Source: a virus (taxonomy: Duplodnaviria > Caudoviricetes). From it: a stretch of DNA of 35,196 nucleotides. Location: IMG/VR virus record IMGVR_UViG_3300025875_000071, positions 1 through 35,196 of that record; one strand, 5' to 3'. The translations under genes were made by a program, and so were the position numbers. This document shows positions 31,724-35,196 of this stretch, one piece after another (position 1 is the stretch's first letter; each line of letters opens with the position of its first letter). The notes beneath the pieces were generated by a model. The model made no database searches, had not been told where the DNA came from, and was given only the letters and a program-made list of their open reading frames with translations.

Positions 31724-33265
31724 ATGAGTGATCTCGTCGCCGGTCTGAAGGCGCTCGCCGCTGCCCGCCCCGCGCTCGACGAAGCCGAGCAGATGTACGA
31801 GGGCAGCGCCGACGAGATCATCGCGTCGAAGCGCATCGCGCGTGTGCTCGGCGAGTCGAGCGAGAAGTTCCGCATGAACTACGCGCGCATCGTGTGTACG
31901 TCGCGGCTCGACAAGTTGGAGATCAGCGCGGTGACGTCGCAGAACACGGCGGCTGCCGAGCAGCTTCAGCGGTGGTGGATCGACAAGGAACTTGCCGACG
32001 AGACGCACGACACGCACGAAGCCGCCGTCGAGTTCGGCGACGGGTACGTCATCGTGTGGCCTTCCGAGATCGACGAGAACGACAACATCGCCGACGTCGA
32101 CATCTACTTCAACAGCCCGCAGTCGGTCCGCATCTTCTACAGCGGCGAGAACCCGCGCGAGGCGTCGTACGCGATCAAGGTCTTCCCGATGCGCGTCGAC
32201 GGCGAAACGCGGCTGCGCGTGAACCTGTACTACCCCGACAGCATCGAGCGGTACATCAGCCGGGGCGAGCTGAAGACGGCGATCGAGTACGACGACACGA
32301 TGTTCGAGCCGTTCATCGACGACGCGACGCCCGCGACGGACGACGAGGACGAGTACCCCGGCACGTGGCCCATCCCGAACCCGTGGGGCAAGCTGCCCGT
32401 GTTCCACTTCCGCACGGGACGCCCGTACGGGCGACCGGAGCACCGGGACGCCTACGGTCCGCAGAACGCCGTCAACAAGCTGATCGCAACGCAGATGGGC
32501 AACGTCGACTATCTCGGCTTGCCGCAGCGGTACGCGATCGAAGACAGCTCGACGAACGGCGGCGTGAGCGAGGTCGACGCGGACTTCGCCGACGACGACG
32601 ACATCAACATCGGCCCGGACGCGAACAGCGGCAACGCCGACCCGAAGCTGAAGAGCGAGCCGGGTTCCGTGTGGTGGCTGAAGAACACGAAGGAAGTCGG
32701 GCAGTTCGACGCCGCGTCGGCGGGCGCGTTTCTCGAACCGCAGCGCGAGTTCGTGCAGGGCATGAGCGTGACCACGAAGACGCCGCTGTCGGCGTTCCGC
32801 ATCGGCGGGCAGATTCCTTCGGGTGCCGCCCGCCGTGCCGACGACGCTCCGCTGAACGGGCGCGTCGCTGACCTTCAGCGCCGGTTCGGTACGACGTGGA
32901 AGCAGGTCTACCGCTTCGCGCTCGAACTCGTCGGGATCGAAGCCGACGTCGATGTCACGTGGGCACCGCTCGAAACCTTCGACGACAAGGACACGTGGGA
33001 GGTCGCGACGGCGCAGATCGAAGCGGGCGTGCCGCTGCGCCGTGTGCTCGTCGAGCGCGGGTACACCGAAGAGCAGTGCAACAAGTGGGGCGTGCCCGCG
33101 TACGGCGAGAAGTCGACGGCGCAGCAGGCGACCGACGTCGCCGCGCTCGGCGCTGCGATGCGCGATCTCGGCACCGCGTCGACGCTCGGCGCGATCACGC
33201 CGGAGCAGGTGCAGGCGGTCGTCGAGAGCGTGACGAAGCCTGCCACGCCGCCGACCGATGCCTGA
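31724..33265 (+). CDS. Portal protein (SPP1 gp6-like)
   Basis: About 513 aa; motifs NYARIV, FGDGYVIVW, NPWGKLPVFHF, YGRPEH, PQRY, PSGAARR. Between TerL and MuF; probable leaderless start 7 nt after TATGGT. Confidence 0.9.
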   Translation: MSDLVAGLKALAAARPALDEAEQMYEGSADEIIASKRIARVLGESSEKFRMNYARIVCTSRLDKLEISAVTSQNTAAAEQLQRWWIDKELADETHDTHEAAVEFGDGYVIVWPSEIDENDNIADVDIYFNSPQSVRIFYSGENPREASYAIKVFPMRVDGETRLRVNLYYPDSIERYISRGELKTAIEYDDTMFEPFIDDATPATDDEDEYPGTWPIPNPWGKLPVFHFRTGRPYGRPEHRDAYGPQNAVNKLIATQMGNVDYLGLPQRYAIEDSSTNGGVSEVDADFADDDDINIGPDANSGNADPKLKSEPGSVWWLKNTKEVGQFDAASAGAFLEPQREFVQGMSVTTKTPLSAFRIGGQIPSGAARRADDAPLNGRVADLQRRFGTTWKQVYRFALELVGIEADVDVTWAPLETFDDKDTWEVATAQIEAGVPLRRVLVERGYTEEQCNKWGVPAYGEKSTAQQATDVAALGAAMRDLGTASTLGAITPEQVQAVVESVTKPATPPTDA

Positions 33266-34223
33266 TCTTCTCTCGCTCGTCGACGAGCAGGAAGGCGCGC
33301 TTCTCGCTGCCGAAGACGGCGCAGCGTCGCAGGCGTCCGCGCGGCTGAAGGCACAGCTCGCCGAGATCATCGCGCAGGCGCTCGCCGCGTTCGCTGCGCT
33401 CGGTCCCGACGGCGACGTCGAGCCGCTGCTGCGCCGTGTGCGTGAACAGCTTCTCGCGCTCGGCGTCAACGTCGGCGACGACCTGACCGCCGGGTTCCTG
33501 GCAGCGCAGGCGCTCGGCGTCGACCATGCGAACGTGCAGGCGTTCGACGTCCGTCAGCGCATCGAGCCGGACATCGACTTGCCGGACGATGTGCGGATCG
33601 TGGCGCGCGAGACAGACGCACGCGCGAAGTCGAAGCTCGTCGACGCCGCCGAGAAGCTGTTCGGCATCAGGACGATGCCCGAACTGCTCGCCGGGCTGGC
33701 ACGCGCGAACATGGCGGTGACGTCGATCGAGCGTGCGGCGAAGTGGGGCGTGAACCGTTCCGCCGCGTCGGGCGTCGCCGCTGCCGCGTCCGCCGTCGGT
33801 GCCGAACGTCTGTGGATACCGGAGCGCGACGCCTGCCTGCACTGCACCGCGTACGCCGGTCAGGTCGCGCCGATCGGTCGCCCGTTCGCGGGCGGGCTGA
33901 CGTTCGCCGCGAAGCCGCAGTCGACTGCGCCCGTTCCCGATCCGCCGCTTCACCCGAACTGCCGCTGCCGCATCGCGCTGTACCGGCACGAGTGGTCGCG
34001 CCCCGGTCAGGTCTCGATCCCCGATGCGCTGAAGCGCGAGGCGCGCCGGTCCGTGGCGCGCGGGTGGTCGCTGCCGAGCGAGAGCGCGTCGCAGCGGTTG
34101 TCGGCTGCCGATCGTCTGCTGCGCCGTGGTGCAGGTCTGCCGCCCACGGTCGAAGAGCGCGCTCGCCGCGACGTCGAGAAGGGCGAGTTCCGGCGCGGTC
34201 GCTCCGTGCCGACTGGCAAGTAA
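33258..34223 (+). CDS. MuF-like minor capsid protein
   Basis: W..ERDACLHC...G and PPLHPNCRC motifs; follows portal. Confidence 0.85.
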   Translation: MPDLLSLVDEQEGALLAAEDGAASQASARLKAQLAEIIAQALAAFAALGPDGDVEPLLRRVREQLLALGVNVGDDLTAGFLAAQALGVDHANVQAFDVRQRIEPDIDLPDDVRIVARETDARAKSKLVDAAEKLFGIRTMPELLAGLARANMAVTSIERAAKWGVNRSAASGVAAAASAVGAERLWIPERDACLHCTAYAGQVAPIGRPFAGGLTFAAKPQSTAPVPDPPLHPNCRCRIALYRHEWSRPGQVSIPDALKREARRSVARGWSLPSESASQRLSAADRLLRRGAGLPPTVEERARRDVEKGEFRRGRSVPTGK

Positions 34224-34225
34224 TC

Positions 34226-34240
34226 GTGTAAGGTGTACAC
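34226..34240 (+). promoter_or_regulatory. Promoter/operator box GTGTAAGGTGTACAC upstream of scaffold
   Basis: Perfect dyad tcgtgta-aggtg-tacacga (34224-34242) containing TAAGGT. Confidence 0.75.
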
Positions 34241-34285
34241 GACCGGGCGCGCGAGGCGCACGGCTGACGGAAGGCTGTACTGATC

Positions 34286-34993
34286 ATGGCGAGTTCCACC
34301 CTGATGCGCGAGCTGAACGGCAAGGGCAAGGCGAAGCCGAAGGCGCGCGGCAAGGCGAAGGACGACGACGAGTCGGACGACGACGAGATCGACATCGAGT
34401 CGGACGACGACGCGGACGACGAGGACGACGACGACGACAGCGACGACGACGAGTCGGACGACGAGGACGACGACGACGAGGACGACGCGAAGCTCGGCGA
34501 GAAGGGCATCAAGGCGCTGCGCGCCGAGCGGCGCAAGGTGCGCGAGCTGACGCGACAGCTCGCCGCCGCCACGAAGCCGAAGCCGAAGCGCAAGGCGAAG
34601 GACGACGACGAGGACGACGAGGACGACGACCGCAGCGAGAGCGACGCGAAGATCGCGAAGCGGGAACTCGCGCTGAAGAAGTCGTCCGCGAAGGCCGCGC
34701 TGCTCGCTGCCGGTGCGTCGGCGAAGAACGCCGCGCTGCTCGTCGGACGGATCGACTTCGACGACGTCGACATCGACGACGACGGGGACGTCGACGGTCT
34801 CGACGATCAGATCGACGAGCTGAAGGACGAGTACGAAGAGCTGTTCGGCAAGGGCAAGTCGGACGACGACGAGGACAAGCCGCGTCGCCGCCGGGCGGCT
34901 GGCAGCGGGGACACGGGTCGGCGCGAGCGGCAGGACACGCGCCCGAAGTCGTCCGCCGACAAGCTCGCCGCCCGCCTCACCGGCAAGGGCTGA
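34286..34993 (+). CDS. Capsid scaffolding protein
   Basis: Highly acidic; LGEKGIKALRAER and IDELKDEYEELFG motifs; directly precedes the major capsid gene on the circle. Confidence 0.85.
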   Translation: MASSTLMRELNGKGKAKPKARGKAKDDDESDDDEIDIESDDDADDEDDDDDSDDDESDDEDDDDEDDAKLGEKGIKALRAERRKVRELTRQLAAATKPKPKRKAKDDDEDDEDDDRSESDAKIAKRELALKKSSAKAALLAAGASAKNAALLVGRIDFDDVDIDDDGDVDGLDDQIDELKDEYEELFGKGKSDDDEDKPRRRRAAGSGDTGRRERQDTRPKSSADKLAARLTGKG

Positions 34994-35003
34994 CCGGCTG
35001 GCA

Positions 35004-35049
35004 CCGTCGCGGGCGGGCGTGCTACCTTGTACACGTGCGCCCGCGACGG
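35004..35049 (+). promoter_or_regulatory. Hairpin with variant promoter box at apex, upstream of major capsid
   Basis: ccgtcgcgggcg / cgcccgcgacgg 12-bp arms enclosing GTGCTACCTTGTACAC (TACCTT at 35023-35028). Confidence 0.7.
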
Positions 35050-35069
35050 GCCGACCCTGTCACTGATGC

Positions 35070-35196
35070 GAAGGAGTGCCAATCGTGGCGCGTACCAATC
35101 TCGACGTCTGGATTCCCGAAGAGAAGGGTTCCGACGTCCTGCTCGCCGTCCAGAACACGAGCGCGGCGGAGGCGCTGTGCCGTCGCGAGCCGATGG
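35070..35196. repeat. Duplicate of 1-127 (circular overlap; RBS and 5' end of capsid gene)
   Basis: Exact identity to the window start. Confidence 0.95.

Noticed and set aside
34360-34640. GAC/GAG trinucleotide tandem repeats as a separate element
   Set aside because: They simply encode the Asp/Glu tracts of the scaffold protein.
35070-35196. Biological direct terminal repeat
   Set aside because: The exact 127-nt length and its position across the capsid gene start fit an assembler k-mer overlap better than a physical genome end.

Overview
This window is most likely a complete, circularly assembled genome of a high-GC tailed (siphovirus-type) phage, probably infecting Actinobacteria. Bases 1-127 are repeated exactly at 35070-35196, which looks like an assembler overlap and gives a unit genome of about 35,069 bp. 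Read around the circle, the order is: terminase small and large subunits, portal, MuF-like protein, scaffold, major capsid, an extra head/neck module with a 740-aa 15-residue-repeat protein, connector genes, major tail, tail chaperones, tape measure, minor tails, a lysis cassette, a leftward early block (small genes, PD-(D/E)xK exonuclease, SF2 helicase), and a rightward replication block (primase-SF3 helicase, family A DNA polymerase, Endo VII, HTH). I found no integrase, tRNA or CRISPR array. The most notable features are non-coding. (1) Two 122-bp elements share identical 18-bp inverted arms and an 86-bp spacer; one lies inside the primase-helicase gene and one in a moron within the tail-connector operon. 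(2) At least 11 copies of a 15-bp quasi-palindromic GTG-TAnnnT-nnn-CAC box combine a -10 element with an operator-like dyad, often sit just before leaderless starts, and in three cases lie at the apex of long hairpins. (3) The tail-chaperone frameshift must be +1 (or -2) rather than -1. (4) Synonymous codon choice appears to avoid selected 6-bp palindromes. All product calls come from motif recognition and synteny by eye; no database searches were run.
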